Positions 19,501 through 34,182 of a stretch of 64,000 nucleotides of DNA are shown one piece after another. Every line of letters starts with the position of its first letter. Position 1 is the first letter of the stretch. Source of the DNA: a virus (taxonomy: Duplodnaviria > Heunggongvirae > Uroviricota > Caudoviricetes); the IMG/VR virus record IMGVR_UViG_3300042890_002891, positions 1-64,000 of that record, one strand, 5' to 3'. Below the pieces are notes generated by a model, which saw only the letters and a program-made list of their open reading frames with translations, searched no databases and had not been told where the DNA came from. Made by a program: the position numbers and the translations under genes.

Positions 19501-20008
19501 CACCACCGATACGGTGCCTAAACCTAGTGTGCCCACAATCAATGAGTTGTCAACCGCTTATCAAAATCTCAACAACTACAAGATGATTTCAGACAATGTG
19601 GTTGTAAATTCAGTGGTATTCAAGCCACTGTTTGGCGCCAAAGCAGCACAAGAACTCAGAGCCACAATCAAAGTTATTCGTGCAGCCAATTCAACAGCTA
19701 GCGAAAGTGAAATTAAAAATCTAGTAGTTGCCAACTTGAATGATTATTTTTCAATTGATATATGGGACTTTGGAGATACATTTTATTTCTCAGAACTTGC
19801 AGCCTACATCCACAGAAATATGGGCGGCATTGTGAGTTCTGTGGTACTAGTACCTCTGGACCCATTAAAGAGTTTTGGTGACCTGTATGAAATACGGTCA
19901 GCCCCAGATGAAATTTTTGTCAATGCTGCTGGCGTCAGTTCAGTAGAAGTGATCACAGCATTGACATCAACCAATCTTAGAACCGCACCAGGCAGTGGAG
20001 TAATTTAA
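16568..20008 (+). CDS. gp6: Baseplate wedge subunit (T4 gp6-like, enlarged, 1146 aa)
   Basis: [29 protein letters not shown]; [12 protein letters not shown]; FGDG; [21 protein letters not shown]. Confidence 0.85.
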   Translation: MARTTRQTVVFGVEDWKRIYQTFREADFQSYDFETLRKSFVDYLRQYYPETFNDYIESSEFIALLDVVAFMGQAMAFRNDLNTRENYIDTAERRDSVVRLANLVSYTAKRNTAAQGYLKVFSVQTTENVTDFNGIDLANVTINWNDPTNFNWAEQFTAILNAALVDTQRVGRPGNRQDIVGVNTSEYAINLVPGFLPVLPYNVTVDGVNMPFEAVNSTSVGQDYIYEPAPVANGIFNILFRSDSLGFAAANTGYFFYFKQGVLQSQDFNLAERISNRTVNINIEGVNNEDRWVFQLDNVGTVVSQWQYVESVFAAAAEQLTPDQRKLFSTTSRTNDQITLTFGDGVFSAIPVGLFRAYVRASNGLQYIINPEEMQSVVLPISYISRTGQLQTITFTCGITTPVSNAQARETLDEIKQRAPARYYTQNRMVNGEDYNNFPFTLYNSIIKSKALNRASIGTSRYLDLVDNTGKYSSTNIFGSDGALWEQNQLPTFVFSWLNRNDIASVITNQIQPLLITNGFTQFYYANFPRPNLAVLNITWNQSTTMANETTGYFVNATGGPVPIGTFSSNNTKYIQVGSLVKFAAPAGYYFDANNRLKLGTPVRADETLTIWASPSIIVLNGTNQGQGNFDNGTGPVTLNNFVPTGAIPVSVIPLLVTDIPASLESSIADQILLFRNFGLGYDNTTQTWYLITSNNLAVNADFSLADAQDTSGTGQDASWVIQCLTDGLSYTVTSRSLIYNFGSVLQTRFFFESGQRIYDTRTGTTISDFVKVLRTNSLPDSNQPLPGDISLSIIGQPVESDGYVDDYQVIVSYQDVDSDGVADDPDFFDEIVAPLVVPNSKLVFFEKTVDFDNLQRYILVEPGRVVSEFATKNDIEAVKGEYVAGQIFYAYNQEIYVGPLAGQVGAFYELAVSTTFVRSLVDVSSDWIARIGRQSLYFQYRHNAPLTSRIDPGTTNIIDLYVVTQSYYNAYQNWIRDTTDTVPKPSVPTINELSTAYQNLNNYKMISDNVVVNSVVFKPLFGAKAAQELRATIKVIRAANSTASESEIKNLVVANLNDYFSIDIWDFGDTFYFSELAAYIHRNMGGIVSSVVLVPLDPLKSFGDLYEIRSAPDEIFVNAAGVSSVEVITALTSTNLRTAPGSGVI

Positions 20009-23000
20009 TGGATAGAACAAGAACCGTAGATTTTCTACCACCAATATTTCAAACTGCTACCAACAAACAGTTTTTGGCAGCTACTCTGGATCAATTGGTT
20101 CAGGAGCCACAGTTTAAAAAGACACAAGGTTTTGTTGGTCGCAGAGTTGGCCCAGGTGTAAATCCCAATGACTATTATGTGATTGAGCCCAATGCCACCC
20201 GAGCAAATTATCAACTTGAACCAGGTGTAATCAGCCTAACTCCAGACACAACAGATATTTCTGATGCAATAACTTATCCTGGCATCACTGACGCACTGGC
20301 TCGCCAAGGTGCCAAGACAAACAACTCAGACAGATTGTATACCAGTGATTACTATACCTGGGATCCGTTTATTAGTTTTGACAAATTTGCAAACTACAGT
20401 CAATACTACTGGTTGCCGGCTGGTCCGTTGTCAGTGGACGTTGGTGCCACAGTAATTCCACTAACAGATAGTTTTAACATTACCCGCGGTCTAGATGTGT
20501 ATGAATTCTCAGGCGTTGCCGGTGAGAATCCCATCATCACTCTGGTTCGCGGTGGCAACTATGATTTTGTGGTGAATCAAGCTCCCAATGGATTTTTTAT
20601 ACAAACTGATCCTGGTGTCAACGGTCGCTTGCCTTATGCTCCTAATATCAGTTCAAGAGACGTACTTGGAGTGATCAACAACGGCGAAGACGCCGGCACA
20701 GTAACTTTTAATGTTCCGCTGAAAAACGCTCAGCAATTCTATTATGATCTAACACTGGTACCAACTACCCCAACAGCAGGACAAGTGGACTTGATAACTG
20801 ATTTGAAATTCAATCAGATCAACAACATATACCTGACAGAATTTTTAGCACAATATCCGTCGGGTATTGATGGCATCACAAATCTCAACGGACGCACAGT
20901 GGTGTTCACCAATCAGATTGCTGACCCAACCGACGGCGGCTGGTTGATCACTAGTCAATTTGACCCATTGGCTCAGATTCCCACCAACAATGGATTGCTA
21001 GGTAGTTTTGACACACAAGTATACGATCAAACAACGCCAATTCTTAATGTTGACACACGATATAGTGTTTGGGCAATACAATACCAGTATGACAATGATG
21101 GAAATGCCATCCTGCAATTGTCATCAATAACACAGTGCCCACTGCTGAATAAATTTATCGTGATGTTTGGGACCCAATGGGCAGGAACTCAGTGGTATCG
21201 TGATGCAGAAGGATACTTTGAAGAAATACCATTGCTCACAGCAATCAAAGATCTGCTGTGGTATCAAGATGGAACCAACCCAGAAATTTTTGGTCAGATT
21301 CGACTGATTGATCAGAGTCAGGTCGAAACACTGAACATAGTAACTGACATCCTTGGCAAGAAAAATTATGTTGCACCCAACGGCGTGGTGTTTACCAACA
21401 ATCTCAAAGTTATCTTTAGAGGCAGTGTTGTTCCTGCCGGTTATCAGAATCAAACCTATTATGTGGCCGGAGTAGGCACAGCCATACAACTGTTGCCAAT
21501 CACTGATTATGTTACTCCAGAGACCTACACCAAAAGCGCCACGGTGCCGTTTGATTCGTTGCCGTTTGACATAGGCAACTTTGATGCCAGCCTAAATCAA
21601 CCTCTGGTGCCTGATTATCTTACCATTGCACTGGATAGTCCTGATCGTAATGCCTGGACCAGATCTAATCGTTGGTTTCATATTGACGTCATCAATGCAT
21701 CTGCAGAATACAACAACACAGTTCCACTAATAGACAATGCGTTTCGTGCCAAGCGACCTATCTTGGAATTCCGTGGTGGCACAAGATTGTTTGGCATGGG
21801 AACTCAGGCCAAGACACCAGTCAACATCATAGATTTTCAAACAACCGACGCTTTGTCAACTATCAACGGCACCATTGGATACGCAGTTGACGGATATTCG
21901 TTTATTTCTGGAAGTCGAGTGATCTTTGCAGCAGACAACGACCCGCAGGTTCGCAACAAAATTTATCTAGTGGAGTTTATCACTCCCAGCACAGATGGCA
22001 GCACGTTGATACTCCAACCAGTTATTAATCTAGTGCCTGCATCTGACGCAGATGTCTTGATTGATCAATGCACGGTTTGCTCAAGCGGCAACACTTTGCA
22101 AGGAACAAGTTTTTTCTACGATGGTGTTCAATGGATCACAGCACAAGAAAAAACATCAGTTAACCAGGCACCTCTATTTGATGTTTATGATCAAGATGAC
22201 TTTAGTCTTGGTAATCGGGCAGTCTATCCTAGTTCGACGTTTGTAGGCAGCAAATTGTTCAGTTATGCTGTGGGATCAGGAGTTGAAGATACTGTATTGG
22301 GATTTGCTCTAAGATACCTCAGCATCAACAATGTGGGTGACATTGTGTTTGACAATAACTTTTACACAGACACATTTATTCATGTAGACAACAATGTCAG
22401 CACTGAAAATCCCGTCAGCATTGGATTTGTTCGTCAATACGCTGATAGAACAGTGTATGAAAAAGAAATTGGTTGGCAACGTGCTGCAACCAAAAGTTTA
22501 ATTTATCAACAATTTAGTTTTACATCAGTTGTTGACACACCCTTGGTACTTGATGTGGCTGTGGTTCCAACAGGAATCGTGCCCAGTGTTAAAATTTATG
22601 TAGGTAGTGTTTTCCAGGACCCCACAGCGTATACCTTTACCACAACTGCCAATACTACCACAATTACATTTAACAGCAACATTGTTATAGTACCTGGCGA
22701 TGTTGTTGAAGTGCTGGCCCTAAGTGATCAAATTAGTTCTGTGGGCTTTTATCAAGTTCCTGTCAATCTTGAAAACAACCCATTGAACGGCAACTCAGCA
22801 AACTTTACACTGGGCACAGTAAGAACACACTACGAAAGCATTGCACAGAATCTAGTGGCATTGACTGGCAAAGTCAACGGTGCCAACAACACACGCGATC
22901 TTGGTAATATTATTCCTTATGGTCTGAATATTCTGCAGCAAAGTTCGCCAATGACTCTGGCCGGTTATTTCTTACGTAAACCTGAATACGAAATTTTTGC

Positions 23001-26000
23001 TGCTCTTTCATACAACTCAAGAGAATACGAAAAATTCAAAGCACAATTGTTGAACACAGCAGTGACCAATGATTATGTCAATCTCACTGTGCCAGAAATA
23101 CTCACAGCAGTAATTTCTGACATCACACTTGGCCGTACCAGCAGCAATCCATTTTATTGGAGTGACATGTTGCCTACCGGCAGTGTGTACACACAACTAC
23201 AAACCACAGTAACGCCAATTTCTACAGCGGTATTTGACACCACACAGGTGTACAATTATACTTCAGCCAACTATCTTGGACTGCTGGTCTATGTAAATGA
23301 TATTTTATTGACTCGAGATATTGGTTATGTGGTTGCCACAGATGGCCCTAGAATTACTATCACAGTGCCACTGGCAGTGGGAGATGTAGTTGTCATACAA
23401 GAATATTCCGCAACCTACGGCAGCTATGTGCCAAACACTCCTACCAAATTAGGCCTGTATCCAGCATATATTCCAGAAATTTTTCTTGATGAAACTTACG
23501 TAAATCCAGTTTTTGTTATTCGCGGACACGACGGATCTATTACCAGAGCATTTGGTGATTTCCGTGATGCATTGCTGCTGGAGTTTGAGACCAGAATCTA
23601 TAACAACCTTAAACTAGACGGTAATCCTGTGCCCTTGATTACAGCTGAAGTTGTGCCTGGACAATTCCGTACTACTGATTATACACTTGGTGAGATAACA
23701 GACATTCTTAGCGAAGATTTTCTGACCTGGGTTGGCTGGAACAAACTAGACTACAAAACACAAGATTATCAACAGAACAATCAATTCACCTGGAATTATT
23801 CCACAGCGTCAAACAAGTTGACTGTTAACCAGCCGCTGGTGGTAGGTGCCTGGCGCGGACTTTACAATTATTTCTACGATACAATTTATCCAAACACTAG
23901 ACCCTGGGAGATGTTGGGTTTTAGTGTTATACCTGTATGGTGGGAAGACGAATATGGACCAGCCCCTTACACTTCGGGCAACTTGGTGCTCTGGGAAGAC
24001 CTAGCAGCAGGCCTGGTTAGAGATCCTGTGGCTCCGTATGTGCTGCCAGAATACGTTCGTCCCGGGCTGACAGATGTGATTCCGTCTGGCAGCGAAGGTG
24101 CCTTGTTGAGTCCCATGCAAGTGATGGTAGGCAATTTCAACAGCAATGACTTCCGCAAGAGCTGGGTGGTAGGGGATGATGGTCCGGTAGAAAACGCCTG
24201 GCGTACCTCCAGTGCATATCCATTTGCTGCCATGCGACTGTTGGCCCTGACTCGCCCAGCAGAATTTTTCTCATTGTTTGCCGACAGAGATCTTTATCGA
24301 TTTGACACGTCTATCAACCAGTATCTCTACAATGGACGTTATAGACTAGACGCCAATGGTATTGAAGTGTATGGCAACGGCGTCAGCAAGGCCAGTTATA
24401 TTGATTGGATTGTGGACTTTAACCGTGTGAGCGGAATTAATTCTACCACTGCTCTCACAGCTGATCTTAAAAATCTTGACGTGAGACTGTGCTACAGAAT
24501 GGCATCGTTTACTGGTAAAAATCTCCTGGAAATTTACACTGAAAAATCCAGTCCCAACAGTCTGAACTCAACTCTGTTGCTGCCGGACGAAAGCTACAAT
24601 CTCTTGTTCTACAAGAATGTGCCATTTGCTCAACTCACATACTCAAGTGTGATTGTTCAAAGCACAACCACAGGCTGGGCAGTGTATGGCTACAACATGA
24701 CTCAGCCATACTTCAGTATATTGCAAAGTCTAATCAATGGCAATTTAGCAACTATTTCAGCCGGCGGTAGTACGGTGCGTGTTCCTGTGGAATACAGCAA
24801 CAATGTGGTTCAAATACCATATGGCTATGTGTTTACCAATCGCACTCTTGTGGCAGACTTTTTACTAAGCTATGGCGCATTATTGCGGAGTCAAGGCCTA
24901 TCATTTAATATATTGGAAAACGGATACGTGCTAGACTGGAACCAGATGGTCAGCGAGTTCCTGTACTGGAGCAATCAGGGCTGGACCGACGGTGCTATCG
25001 TCAATCTCAACCCCGGTGCATCCCAACTAGTAGTAGAACGTGCCGGAGCAGTGGTTGATAGCATTGCTGTTCAAACTGCTGAAAACATGATACTCAATGC
25101 AGATCGTAAACCGTTCAATGCTAGAGATCTTGTGATTGAACGTAGTGACAACCGTTTTGCTGTGCGTAGTGTGACCAACGAAACCATCAACTTCTTGAAC
25201 ATCAAGTTTACCAGTTACGAAAATATGGTTGTGCTGGACAATGTGAGTATTTTTGCAGACTTGATATATCAGCCAATTACCGGTGCAAGACAAGACCGTG
25301 TGAAATTGGTTGGAACAACCACAACTGAGTGGAACGGCCAGCTGAATGCACAAGGATTTGTTCTCAACCAGGACAACATCAAGCCCTGGAGTCAGAACGT
25401 CAAGTATGCTCGCGGCGAGATTGTAGAGTACAAAAACTTTTATTACAGTGCAATTGACATTGTTCAGCCCAGCTCCAAGTTTGATTTCAACGAATGGACC
25501 ATTTCGGACTATACCAAAATACAACAAGGTCTACTGCCCAATTTGGCCAACAAGAGCAATCAACTGGCCAACAGCTACAACACATACACCGCCAATCTTG
25601 AACAGAATCAAGACTTGTTTTCATATGGCTTGATTGGATTCAAACCTAGACAATACATGGTTTCCTTGAATCTTGACAGCACTAGCCAGGTCAATCTGTA
25701 TCAACAGTTCCTGGGCACCAAAGGCACTGTTAGAGCAGCTGAACTATTTTCGTTTGCTGATCTGGGCCGCGGCCCTGCACAGTATGATATCTATGAAAAC
25801 TGGGCAGTGCTGAGAGCCACATATGGTGCCAATGCCAATCGTAGTTTCTACGAATTGCAATTGAACGAAGCCTTGCTTGGAGCAAACCCCAGCTTGATAC
25901 AAGTGGTACAGCCAGGAGAAACCAGCGAAGCCGATCAAACAGTATTGTTGAGCAACTTGTGGAAACAAAGCTACAAGATACCTAGCACTGATATTCTTAC

Positions 26001-29000
26001 AACCACAACAGTCAACCCAACTGATGTGGCCCTGCCAGGTGCCGGCTATGTTAATCTTGATGACATTGACATTACTATATTTGATATCACCAACACAGCA
26101 AGTCTGGATGCAAATCTTGATCAAATTGGTGTAGGAACAGTTATCTGGGTGGCCAAGATTAACGACTACGACTGGAACATCTATCGAACAAGCCAGGTTC
26201 CTGGTTATATTTCTTCAGTAAGCAGCAATCTTGATGGAACCGCGGTGTTGACATTTACTGTACCACATGGCATCACAGTTGGCCGTCAGGTTGTGGTAAG
26301 ATTTTTCTCCATAGAAGTTGATGGAGTGTACCGAGTAATCAATGTACCCAACATTACTCAAATTGTTGTTGATTTTTCTTTTGCGAATGGTGGCCAGCTT
26401 GTGGCCACAGGAACTGGCATTGGATTTGTGCTGCAAACTCAGCGTGTGGCACAAGCCAGCGACATAATAACCTTGCCATATGCCAATGACTTATTGCCAG
26501 GCAACAAGGTATGGGTCGACAACAACGGTGCCGGCCTATGGGAAGTATTAGAAAAACAAATAGTATTTTCTTCTGCAACAGAAATAACAGCAACGAATCC
26601 TGTGACCAACAGCAAGTTTGGGCAAAGCGTAGCTCAAGCCAAGAGCAACTTGTATGCTATTGTTGGTAGTCCTGCATATAGCCAAGGCTACGGCGATGGT
26701 GCATTATATACCTATGTTCGCACATCATCTGCTCCGTTTACTGAAAATTCAACACTAGAACTTGATGGCGCTGTAGATACTGTGGGCTTTGGATCCAGTG
26801 TCAGCATTGGCAATCAAACATGGCAAGCAGTGGGCGCACCAGCAAGTTACAACAACAGAGGATACGCATCAGCTGTATATCGCCAACCAGATTCAGCAAG
26901 TTTTATCAATGCCAATCTGCTAACAGTGCCAGACATTAGAGATCTAGCATTGCCAGCAGAATTTGGATATAGTGTTGCTGTCAGTCCTGACGAACACTGG
27001 ATGTATATTGGTGCGCCGGGTATCAACAAAGTATTTGCGTACGGGTTGGTTGAAGTTGAAAATCAATCAGTTGCGTATGTGGCTGATGGTCAACAATTTA
27101 CATTTAACTTCAGCGATCATATAATAATTGATACCGGCTATGACCAACAACTTATTGTGGTGTTGAACAATACACTGTTGACATACGGAGTAGACTATTC
27201 TCAAACAGCAACAAACATTGTGTTTGCTGCCGCTCCTGCAAAAGATCTGGTCTTGAAGATTGTTCGTAGAACTCAGTATTCTTACACCGGCAACGGATCA
27301 ACCACACTGTTCTCACTAAACGAATACCTGTATTCTGCTACCAATATCTACAGTTTCAAAGTTACGGTCAACAGTGTGTTGCAACGTCCAGGCATTGATT
27401 ATGATTTTGATTACGACGATAGTACTGTTGTTGACAGAGACTTGATATTCTTTACTGCACCCAGCAACGGAGCAACAATCACGGTTGCAACACAGAGTTA
27501 TTTTGTTTTTGTTGACACTATTGAATTCACACAACAAGTAACGGCATCAATATCAGGAACCACACTAACAGTGTCTAGTGTACAACCAGGAGCATCAGCA
27601 CTTACTGTGGGCATGAACCTAAGCGGTGCAGGCCTGGCTCAAGGAACAAAAATCACAGCGTTGTTGACAGGCACCGGGGCCGCAGGAACATATCAGGTAA
27701 ACGTCAATCAAACTGTAGCTTCCACTACGATTACTGCTAGACTAGGTGACTCTGCCAGATTTGGCGAAAGTTTGAGTTGTACCACTGATGGCCGTCAGGT
27801 CATGGTTGGCACACCAAATGACTATTACAATGCAACTACTGATGCTGGTGCAGTATATGTATTTGATCGTGCGGTGCAGAATTTTGTTGTAACCAATGCG
27901 GCAACGCTGATCTATAAGGTCGACGGAACTCTAATTGAGCCAACATCTGTAATTCTAAACAATTCATTCTTGACCAATACCGAAGGAAATGTCACAGGAA
28001 CTTTCACCGTGAGTCGAGATATCAACACCGGTGTTAGAAATACTGTCACAATTGATACACCACTGGCAGTGGGCGACATAATTGAAATTGAAGTAAACAA
28101 ATTTAATCTGCTGCAGATTGTTGGCGCCATTGCTCCGTTCCAGAGTGCTAATTTTGGCGCTGCTATTGACCTGTGCAAAAGCAATTGCAGCTTGTACGTG
28201 GGTGCACCACAAGATGGATCAGTACTGCCTGCTGCAGGCTTGGTCCAGCGCAATGTAAATCAAAGTCGAGTGTACGGTATAACAGCCAGTACCAATCCTG
28301 GCCCTCGGTTGATTCCTGGTGAAACAATTAGAATCAATGACCAGGAGGTTGCATTATCTCAGCCAGTGGCCTGGAACAGCGCATCGACATACACAGTGGA
28401 TACCATTGTTGATTATGGACTGAGTCTCTACATTTCAATCAGATCAGTACCAACAGGAACAGCACTATCTAACACCACATACTGGCAACCCAGCAGCTGG
28501 ACAGCAGTGCTAGCACAAGACATCAACAGTGCAGGCATAGACAACGTTGTGGCCACTGCTGGCGTAGCAGGCACAGCCAACTATGGCCTGATAACAATTG
28601 CTGTTAAAAATATTTTGGCAGCTGATGCTGGCAACCGACTCACAGTGTTGCCCGGACTGGTTGGAACCACATTCCAACGCCTGGTATTTGAAACATTTGC
28701 ATACACTCAAACTGTTGAAAGCCCAGCACCTGCAGCATATGCCGGATTTGGATCAGCAGTAAACATTGATTCGTTTGCTACCACTCTCACAGTGGGTGCT
28801 CCTCGTGGCAATCTGTATCGTCCAAATACGTTTGATGCTGGAACCACGTACTTTGATAGTCGAACCACAACAATAAGTGGTCCATTGACACAAAGTGGCG
28901 TGGTATACACTTATGATTATTTGCCCAGTGCCAGCGATTCAATCGGCAATCCGGGTAAATTTGCATTTGGTCAACAAATATATGATCAACGAGTACAAGA

Positions 29001-32000
29001 ACTAGATCTGTTTGGAACATCCATTGATTATACCAACGGCGTATTGTTGATTGGTAGTCCAGGCAGTGACATTGACGACAGTACTCAGAGCGAGCTGGAT
29101 TATGGTCGGGTTGCTGTGTTTAGAAATCTCACACTGACTCCGGCCTGGACAACAATACACCAACAGTTGCCTGTGGTGGATGTCAAGTTGGTCAATTCAG
29201 TATTCACATATGATCGTGTCACTGGTGCAAAAACCAATTTCTTTGATTTCTTTGATCCTTTGCAGGGCAAAATCCTCGGTGCTGCACGAGAAAATATCAA
29301 CTATATTGGTGCAGTAGATCCTGCGGCCTACAATGTGGGACCAGTCAACAACTATGGCAGAATCTGGGGACAAGTACATGTGGGAGAAATTTGGTGGGAC
29401 ACCAACAATGTTCGTTTTATTGATCCAAATCAAGACAGCATTGTGTATGCGGCACGCCGCTGGGGCCAAGTGTTTCCAGGATCCACAGTAGATGTATATC
29501 AATGGGTGGCCAGCAGCCAACCGCCTGCAACTTACGCCGGCGAAGGTACTCCTAGAAGTCTGGTCAGTTACGATTTGTCAACTGGACTAAATCTTGATGG
29601 GCTTTTCACCACAACATATTATTTCTGGGTCCGCGGCATTACATCAATTGACACTAATGCAGGAAAAACGCTCAGCACCACTGGCGTTGCCAGATACATT
29701 GAAGAACCTCGTAGTTCGGGTATTCCGTATGTGGCGTTTGTTAGTCCCAGTGCCACTGCTATCTATAATGCAGTCAATGATATTTCTGCACAAGATACTA
29801 TTTTGAGCATTGAGTTTGATAGAGAATACACCGACGACAACGTTCACGTGGAATACAGCCTGATTCCAGAAAATCGTGCCGATGGATTCTTGCCAGATAA
29901 TTTGTATCTCAAATTCCAGGATTCTTTGTGCGGTGTTAATACTGTTGGTGCCAAGGTACCGGACCCAAATCTAAGTCCGGCCAACAGCTACGGTGTTCAG
30001 TTCAGACCACGTCAGTCAATGTTTGCTAACAGATTCCTGGCACTAGAAAATTATTTTGTAAGAGTCAACAGTGTGCTTGTACAATTTCCTATCTCAGAAA
30101 CTCGCAGTTTTACCTTGTTGAATTCCAGCGAACCAGAGCCAACTGCGGGCACAGGAGCCTGGGACAAACGTGTGGCCAATCTTGAAGAACTCAGCTATCA
30201 AGATTTTGCCATAGTACCTGTGGGTTACAAGTATCTGGTTGCAGCTGATTCTGCGCAAAATGGTTTATGGACCATATACAGCGTTACCACAACAAAAACG
30301 TTTGCATCGTTGATGCTGGTGCGAGTACAAAATTACGACACCCGCAAATACTGGAGTTACATTGACTGGTATCTGATTGGTTACAATCAGAGCAGTCAGA
30401 TAGTAGCCGAAGTACTGGTCTATAGTAGTCTTGACACACTTAGTATATACACCGTTCCTGTTGGTGCCAGTGTAAGAGTCACGGCCAATGCCCAAGGTAA
30501 ATGGGAAATTTATCTACGAACTGACACTGGTTGGGATCGAGTAGGCCTGCAGGATGGCACCATTGCTATTGCTGCCGAACTGTGGGATTATCAACTGGGA
30601 CGCTTTGGGTTTGACTCTGAAGTGTTTGATGCGCAATATTTTGATCAAGAACCAGTGATAGAAACTCGCAAAATTATTCAAGCCATCAATCAAGAATTGC
30701 TGATCGGCGAATTGTTGATTGAACGAAACAAAGCTCTAATACTGATGTTTAACTTTGTGCTCAGTGAATTTGAAGCCCCTGACTGGTTGAGCAAAACCAG
30801 CTTGGTTGATGTTGATCACAAGATCCGTCAACTGTTGCCATTCCAGACTTATCAACGTGACAATCAAGACTTTGTGGTGGACTATATCAAAGAAGTCAAA
30901 CCATATCATGTGCATATCCGCGAGACCAATCTAATATACGATGGTTCTGACGTTTATCAAGGCACTATGACTGACTTTGACGTTCCGAGTTTTTACAACA
31001 CTATACAAATTCCAAATCAGTTCATGAGTCCAGTGTTAACACCATACACTCAAAGCACTGCGGTGGGCACCGGCACATCAAACACCTACAGTGATACAGC
31101 ACCCAACAGTCTGGTATGGCAAACAGAGCCTTGGAAATTCTGGTATAACAACTATACTCTAAGCATTCAAGACATTGTGGTTGTAGACGGCGGCGTTGGA
31201 TATACCGATCCTCCTATTGCCACAGTTACTGGAGATTGTTTGATACAGGCTACCATGACTGTGGACGTTAACAGCGCAGGAAAAATTACTGGAGTAATTA
31301 TAACTGAGCCCGGAGCCGGTTACCTGACCACAGCACTGATAGAATTGTCAGGCGGCAATGGTGTGGGTGGCAGAATTGTTGCAGTAATGGGCAATGGACT
31401 GGTACGCAGCATCAACACCACAATCAAGTTTGACAGATATCAATATGTGAGTACCATCCTAGATTGGGAACCAACAGTTCAGTACGACAACGGAACTTTG
31501 GTTCGATATGACAACAGAGTATGGGAAGCCAGCAATGCCGACTCAAGTGCAGTGCAATCTGTAACGTTTGATCCTGAACAATGGACCCTGGTCAGTGCAT
31601 CTACCCTGTCCGGCGTGGATAGAACCATGGGTCTGTATGTGCCTACTGCCAATGAACCTGGGCTAGATTTACCCTTGTTGATTGATGGTATTGATTATCC
31701 AGGTGTGCAAGTTACAGCACCCACATTTGATCAGAACTCAGGATTTGATGTTGGAAATTTTGACATCAATCCGTTTGATAATATTGCATATGGCCCCGAG
31801 GGTCTTCCTACATATGATCCTGCAATTCTAGATGCCATCTACGAAAGTCGTTTTGTTGATATCTATCTTGGCACAAGACCCTATGATGTAAATGTGGTTG
31901 GCGGCGAATTTGTTGGTCCTTATGAAAGCCATGCTCCGGAAGAACTGATACCTGGCTCAGAATACGACACACTAGATTTCCGTGTGTACACTCGCCCCGG

Positions 32001-34017
32001 CTCAGATTGGGAATTAAATGGACACGGATTTGCCTGGGAAATTGTCAAGTGGTACTATAATTCTGTCAGCGCAGCCAGTCAAAGTTTTGACGGTATTATA
32101 CCAAATCCGGTGCAGGTGCGAGTAACCAATCAAACACAAGGCCGTGAACTAAATCTTGGAACAGATTACATTGTAAATTGGGTCTCCAACACTGTGACTA
32201 TTTTGACCAGTGTCAGTGCTCCTCCAGCAGCCAACGGTGATGTATTAGTTGTCAGCATATACGGCATGGGTGGTGGTAATCAACTGTACAAAACCAGTGT
32301 CGATGGCGCCACTGTGGGGAATACCTTTAATATTCCTGTGGCTGTTAACGAAATTGAAGACATGGTAATTTTTGTCAACGGCGTATTGATAATCAATTAC
32401 ACATTTGTTGCTGGAACAAACAATACCACAAACATCTTGTTTGCAAATTCCTATAGCGTGGCCGACGAACTTAACATCACTGCCATAGGATCCACAGATG
32501 GATCCTTGCCCAACAGTTGGTCAACTCCACAAACGCAATACTTTGTGAGCGTTGGACAACTGGATTACAATCTTGACAACTCCTTGCAAGGAACCAATCC
32601 TGCCAACCTAATTGTTGAACGAAATGGTATCCGAGCAAGACCACCCGAGGGTGCATACTACATTGCTGACGGCAGCTCAGCTTATCCACTACCCACTCGT
32701 GGTGGATACAGCCTGGCTCTTGTGGCAGACAACGATGTTCGTGTGTGGGTCAACAATCAAGAACTTACCTTGTACAGCGAATTTACTGTAGAACCTTATG
32801 TGCTCGACGACGACACCAGAGACGTGGAATTTGCAACACCACCATCGTCAGGATCAGAAGTCCTGATCAGTGTAAGCACCAAAGCAGACTATGTGTTACA
32901 AAGTGATGGCAGCAGCTTGTATAGTAATGTGTTGGCGTGGCGCACTACCAATGGCTTTTATCCTATTGCAGGAGACATAATTTCTGTGACATCATGGAAT
33001 GACACAAGCCAACAAGAAATAGTAACTTTGGTATATCAAGGACCTGTGACAACAGGTGTAGTGGTTCCTGAGCCATATGATTCAACTGACTTTGACGTGG
33101 GCCTAGTAACTGGATCACCAGGCAGCTATGACTACTCAGCAGGACAACTGGTGACCACAAATGATTTTCAGTTGGGCAGAATTGTGCCTGATCCAACCAG
33201 AATGGTAGTGACCAAAAATGGCAATCGTATATTCTACGGTGATGATTACTTGATAGTTGGTGAGCAGTTGGTCATACACGGCCCTGTGATCAGCGTTATA
33301 GATGTTGTTGTTGCCCAGTTGTTTACAGACAGTGTTGTTCCTGAACAAATGGAATTCCGTATTTTCCAAGACATGCGTGGAGTACAAGCCACCTACAGAA
33401 TGACACCGTCAACCACAACTGCCCTGGCACAGGACTTGTACCTGGATCAGGACATAATTTATGTTGACAATGCAGCAGCGTTGACACAGCCAAACTTGGC
33501 AATCAATGTCTGGGGAGTGCTAACAATCAACGGTGAACGAATTATGTATCGTTACCTTGACATTGTGAACAACCTAGTAAGTGGACTACGCAGAGGAACA
33601 GCAGGAACAGCACCAGATGTGCATACAGCAGGCGCAATAGTATATAATCTGGGTCGTGGTAATTTGGCTCCTGAAGAGTACCAGGATCATGTGGTGTATA
33701 CCAACACTCTGGGCAACGGAACAGCAGTTACATTCAGTGCGCCAAACATTGATTTGAGTCAGTTGACCCTGTCGTTTGCCGAACAAGCAATTCTGGTGTT
33801 TGTGGGTGGCATCCGTGTCACTGTCGGATATACTGTGGATTCTGTGGCGCCTGCCACAGTAACCTTCGACACAGCACCCAACGACGGATACGAGGTTTCT
33901 ATACTGGTACGCCAAGGATTTGGCTGGTATCAACCAGCCAACGGCAATCCATCAGACGGACAAGCACTGCAAGTGACCAATACCGATGCAGCAAGGTTTT
34001 TCCGAGGACAAATCTAA
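20008..34017 (+). CDS. Giant 4669-aa virion structural protein (gp7-position baseplate/adhesin-like)
   Basis: Follows gp6; seven FG-GAP-like repeats, many Ig-like VxVN..DY..IxF..AP modules, YIKEVKPYH wedge-like motif, FD-rich repeats. Confidence 0.7.
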   Translation: MDRTRTVDFLPPIFQTATNKQFLAATLDQLVQEPQFKKTQGFVGRRVGPGVNPNDYYVIEPNATRANYQLEPGVISLTPDTTDISDAITYPGITDALARQGAKTNNSDRLYTSDYYTWDPFISFDKFANYSQYYWLPAGPLSVDVGATVIPLTDSFNITRGLDVYEFSGVAGENPIITLVRGGNYDFVVNQAPNGFFIQTDPGVNGRLPYAPNISSRDVLGVINNGEDAGTVTFNVPLKNAQQFYYDLTLVPTTPTAGQVDLITDLKFNQINNIYLTEFLAQYPSGIDGITNLNGRTVVFTNQIADPTDGGWLITSQFDPLAQIPTNNGLLGSFDTQVYDQTTPILNVDTRYSVWAIQYQYDNDGNAILQLSSITQCPLLNKFIVMFGTQWAGTQWYRDAEGYFEEIPLLTAIKDLLWYQDGTNPEIFGQIRLIDQSQVETLNIVTDILGKKNYVAPNGVVFTNNLKVIFRGSVVPAGYQNQTYYVAGVGTAIQLLPITDYVTPETYTKSATVPFDSLPFDIGNFDASLNQPLVPDYLTIALDSPDRNAWTRSNRWFHIDVINASAEYNNTVPLIDNAFRAKRPILEFRGGTRLFGMGTQAKTPVNIIDFQTTDALSTINGTIGYAVDGYSFISGSRVIFAADNDPQVRNKIYLVEFITPSTDGSTLILQPVINLVPASDADVLIDQCTVCSSGNTLQGTSFFYDGVQWITAQEKTSVNQAPLFDVYDQDDFSLGNRAVYPSSTFVGSKLFSYAVGSGVEDTVLGFALRYLSINNVGDIVFDNNFYTDTFIHVDNNVSTENPVSIGFVRQYADRTVYEKEIGWQRAATKSLIYQQFSFTSVVDTPLVLDVAVVPTGIVPSVKIYVGSVFQDPTAYTFTTTANTTTITFNSNIVIVPGDVVEVLALSDQISSVGFYQVPVNLENNPLNGNSANFTLGTVRTHYESIAQNLVALTGKVNGANNTRDLGNIIPYGLNILQQSSPMTLAGYFLRKPEYEIFAALSYNSREYEKFKAQLLNTAVTNDYVNLTVPEILTAVISDITLGRTSSNPFYWSDMLPTGSVYTQLQTTVTPISTAVFDTTQVYNYTSANYLGLLVYVNDILLTRDIGYVVATDGPRITITVPLAVGDVVVIQEYSATYGSYVPNTPTKLGLYPAYIPEIFLDETYVNPVFVIRGHDGSITRAFGDFRDALLLEFETRIYNNLKLDGNPVPLITAEVVPGQFRTTDYTLGEITDILSEDFLTWVGWNKLDYKTQDYQQNNQFTWNYSTASNKLTVNQPLVVGAWRGLYNYFYDTIYPNTRPWEMLGFSVIPVWWEDEYGPAPYTSGNLVLWEDLAAGLVRDPVAPYVLPEYVRPGLTDVIPSGSEGALLSPMQVMVGNFNSNDFRKSWVVGDDGPVENAWRTSSAYPFAAMRLLALTRPAEFFSLFADRDLYRFDTSINQYLYNGRYRLDANGIEVYGNGVSKASYIDWIVDFNRVSGINSTTALTADLKNLDVRLCYRMASFTGKNLLEIYTEKSSPNSLNSTLLLPDESYNLLFYKNVPFAQLTYSSVIVQSTTTGWAVYGYNMTQPYFSILQSLINGNLATISAGGSTVRVPVEYSNNVVQIPYGYVFTNRTLVADFLLSYGALLRSQGLSFNILENGYVLDWNQMVSEFLYWSNQGWTDGAIVNLNPGASQLVVERAGAVVDSIAVQTAENMILNADRKPFNARDLVIERSDNRFAVRSVTNETINFLNIKFTSYENMVVLDNVSIFADLIYQPITGARQDRVKLVGTTTTEWNGQLNAQGFVLNQDNIKPWSQNVKYARGEIVEYKNFYYSAIDIVQPSSKFDFNEWTISDYTKIQQGLLPNLANKSNQLANSYNTYTANLEQNQDLFSYGLIGFKPRQYMVSLNLDSTSQVNLYQQFLGTKGTVRAAELFSFADLGRGPAQYDIYENWAVLRATYGANANRSFYELQLNEALLGANPSLIQVVQPGETSEADQTVLLSNLWKQSYKIPSTDILTTTTVNPTDVALPGAGYVNLDDIDITIFDITNTASLDANLDQIGVGTVIWVAKINDYDWNIYRTSQVPGYISSVSSNLDGTAVLTFTVPHGITVGRQVVVRFFSIEVDGVYRVINVPNITQIVVDFSFANGGQLVATGTGIGFVLQTQRVAQASDIITLPYANDLLPGNKVWVDNNGAGLWEVLEKQIVFSSATEITATNPVTNSKFGQSVAQAKSNLYAIVGSPAYSQGYGDGALYTYVRTSSAPFTENSTLELDGAVDTVGFGSSVSIGNQTWQAVGAPASYNNRGYASAVYRQPDSASFINANLLTVPDIRDLALPAEFGYSVAVSPDEHWMYIGAPGINKVFAYGLVEVENQSVAYVADGQQFTFNFSDHIIIDTGYDQQLIVVLNNTLLTYGVDYSQTATNIVFAAAPAKDLVLKIVRRTQYSYTGNGSTTLFSLNEYLYSATNIYSFKVTVNSVLQRPGIDYDFDYDDSTVVDRDLIFFTAPSNGATITVATQSYFVFVDTIEFTQQVTASISGTTLTVSSVQPGASALTVGMNLSGAGLAQGTKITALLTGTGAAGTYQVNVNQTVASTTITARLGDSARFGESLSCTTDGRQVMVGTPNDYYNATTDAGAVYVFDRAVQNFVVTNAATLIYKVDGTLIEPTSVILNNSFLTNTEGNVTGTFTVSRDINTGVRNTVTIDTPLAVGDIIEIEVNKFNLLQIVGAIAPFQSANFGAAIDLCKSNCSLYVGAPQDGSVLPAAGLVQRNVNQSRVYGITASTNPGPRLIPGETIRINDQEVALSQPVAWNSASTYTVDTIVDYGLSLYISIRSVPTGTALSNTTYWQPSSWTAVLAQDINSAGIDNVVATAGVAGTANYGLITIAVKNILAADAGNRLTVLPGLVGTTFQRLVFETFAYTQTVESPAPAAYAGFGSAVNIDSFATTLTVGAPRGNLYRPNTFDAGTTYFDSRTTTISGPLTQSGVVYTYDYLPSASDSIGNPGKFAFGQQIYDQRVQELDLFGTSIDYTNGVLLIGSPGSDIDDSTQSELDYGRVAVFRNLTLTPAWTTIHQQLPVVDVKLVNSVFTYDRVTGAKTNFFDFFDPLQGKILGAARENINYIGAVDPAAYNVGPVNNYGRIWGQVHVGEIWWDTNNVRFIDPNQDSIVYAARRWGQVFPGSTVDVYQWVASSQPPATYAGEGTPRSLVSYDLSTGLNLDGLFTTTYYFWVRGITSIDTNAGKTLSTTGVARYIEEPRSSGIPYVAFVSPSATAIYNAVNDISAQDTILSIEFDREYTDDNVHVEYSLIPENRADGFLPDNLYLKFQDSLCGVNTVGAKVPDPNLSPANSYGVQFRPRQSMFANRFLALENYFVRVNSVLVQFPISETRSFTLLNSSEPEPTAGTGAWDKRVANLEELSYQDFAIVPVGYKYLVAADSAQNGLWTIYSVTTTKTFASLMLVRVQNYDTRKYWSYIDWYLIGYNQSSQIVAEVLVYSSLDTLSIYTVPVGASVRVTANAQGKWEIYLRTDTGWDRVGLQDGTIAIAAELWDYQLGRFGFDSEVFDAQYFDQEPVIETRKIIQAINQELLIGELLIERNKALILMFNFVLSEFEAPDWLSKTSLVDVDHKIRQLLPFQTYQRDNQDFVVDYIKEVKPYHVHIRETNLIYDGSDVYQGTMTDFDVPSFYNTIQIPNQFMSPVLTPYTQSTAVGTGTSNTYSDTAPNSLVWQTEPWKFWYNNYTLSIQDIVVVDGGVGYTDPPIATVTGDCLIQATMTVDVNSAGKITGVIITEPGAGYLTTALIELSGGNGVGGRIVAVMGNGLVRSINTTIKFDRYQYVSTILDWEPTVQYDNGTLVRYDNRVWEASNADSSAVQSVTFDPEQWTLVSASTLSGVDRTMGLYVPTANEPGLDLPLLIDGIDYPGVQVTAPTFDQNSGFDVGNFDINPFDNIAYGPEGLPTYDPAILDAIYESRFVDIYLGTRPYDVNVVGGEFVGPYESHAPEELIPGSEYDTLDFRVYTRPGSDWELNGHGFAWEIVKWYYNSVSAASQSFDGIIPNPVQVRVTNQTQGRELNLGTDYIVNWVSNTVTILTSVSAPPAANGDVLVVSIYGMGGGNQLYKTSVDGATVGNTFNIPVAVNEIEDMVIFVNGVLIINYTFVAGTNNTTNILFANSYSVADELNITAIGSTDGSLPNSWSTPQTQYFVSVGQLDYNLDNSLQGTNPANLIVERNGIRARPPEGAYYIADGSSAYPLPTRGGYSLALVADNDVRVWVNNQELTLYSEFTVEPYVLDDDTRDVEFATPPSSGSEVLISVSTKADYVLQSDGSSLYSNVLAWRTTNGFYPIAGDIISVTSWNDTSQQEIVTLVYQGPVTTGVVVPEPYDSTDFDVGLVTGSPGSYDYSAGQLVTTNDFQLGRIVPDPTRMVVTKNGNRIFYGDDYLIVGEQLVIHGPVISVIDVVVAQLFTDSVVPEQMEFRIFQDMRGVQATYRMTPSTTTALAQDLYLDQDIIYVDNAAALTQPNLAINVWGVLTINGERIMYRYLDIVNNLVSGLRRGTAGTAPDVHTAGAIVYNLGRGNLAPEEYQDHVVYTNTLGNGTAVTFSAPNIDLSQLTLSFAEQAILVFVGGIRVTVGYTVDSVAPATVTFDTAPNDGYEVSILVRQGFGWYQPANGNPSDGQALQVTNTDAARFFRGQI

Positions 34018-34019
34018 GG

Positions 34020-34025
34020 TAAATA
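34020..34025 (+). promoter_or_regulatory. Late promoter motif TAAATA
   Basis: GGTAAATAA immediately before the small ORF at 34030. Confidence 0.55.
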
Positions 34026-34029
34026 AATC

Positions 34030-34176
34030 ATGCAGCAAAATCAACAAACTCCCTCACAGCCGCCCAAACCGCAGCCTGTTGCTCGTCCAAACGAAAAAGG
34101 GTCAATTGCAGTTTCGGGGTTTGTAAAGATTTCAGATCCCAACACCAAACAAGTATTTGTGGAGACGCGAGCGTGA
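34030..34176 (+). CDS. Small 48-aa protein absent from the ORF track (MQQNQQTPSQPPKPQPVARPNEKGSIAVSGFVKISDPNTKQVFVETRA)
   Basis: Fills the gap exactly, preceded by TAAATA; C-terminus resembles the N-terminus of the next gene. Confidence 0.65.
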   Translation: MQQNQQTPSQPPKPQPVARPNEKGSIAVSGFVKISDPNTKQVFVETRA

Positions 34177-34182
34177 TTAAAT

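Noticed and set aside
8419-20008. Bacterial T6SS, eCIS or tailocin locus
   Set aside because: Linked gp55, gp46/gp47, thyX and late promoter motifs indicate a lytic phage genome
20008-34017. Numerous short antisense and alternate-frame ORFs inside the giant gene and elsewhere
   Set aside because: No recognisable motifs or initiation signals; expected by chance opposite long genes
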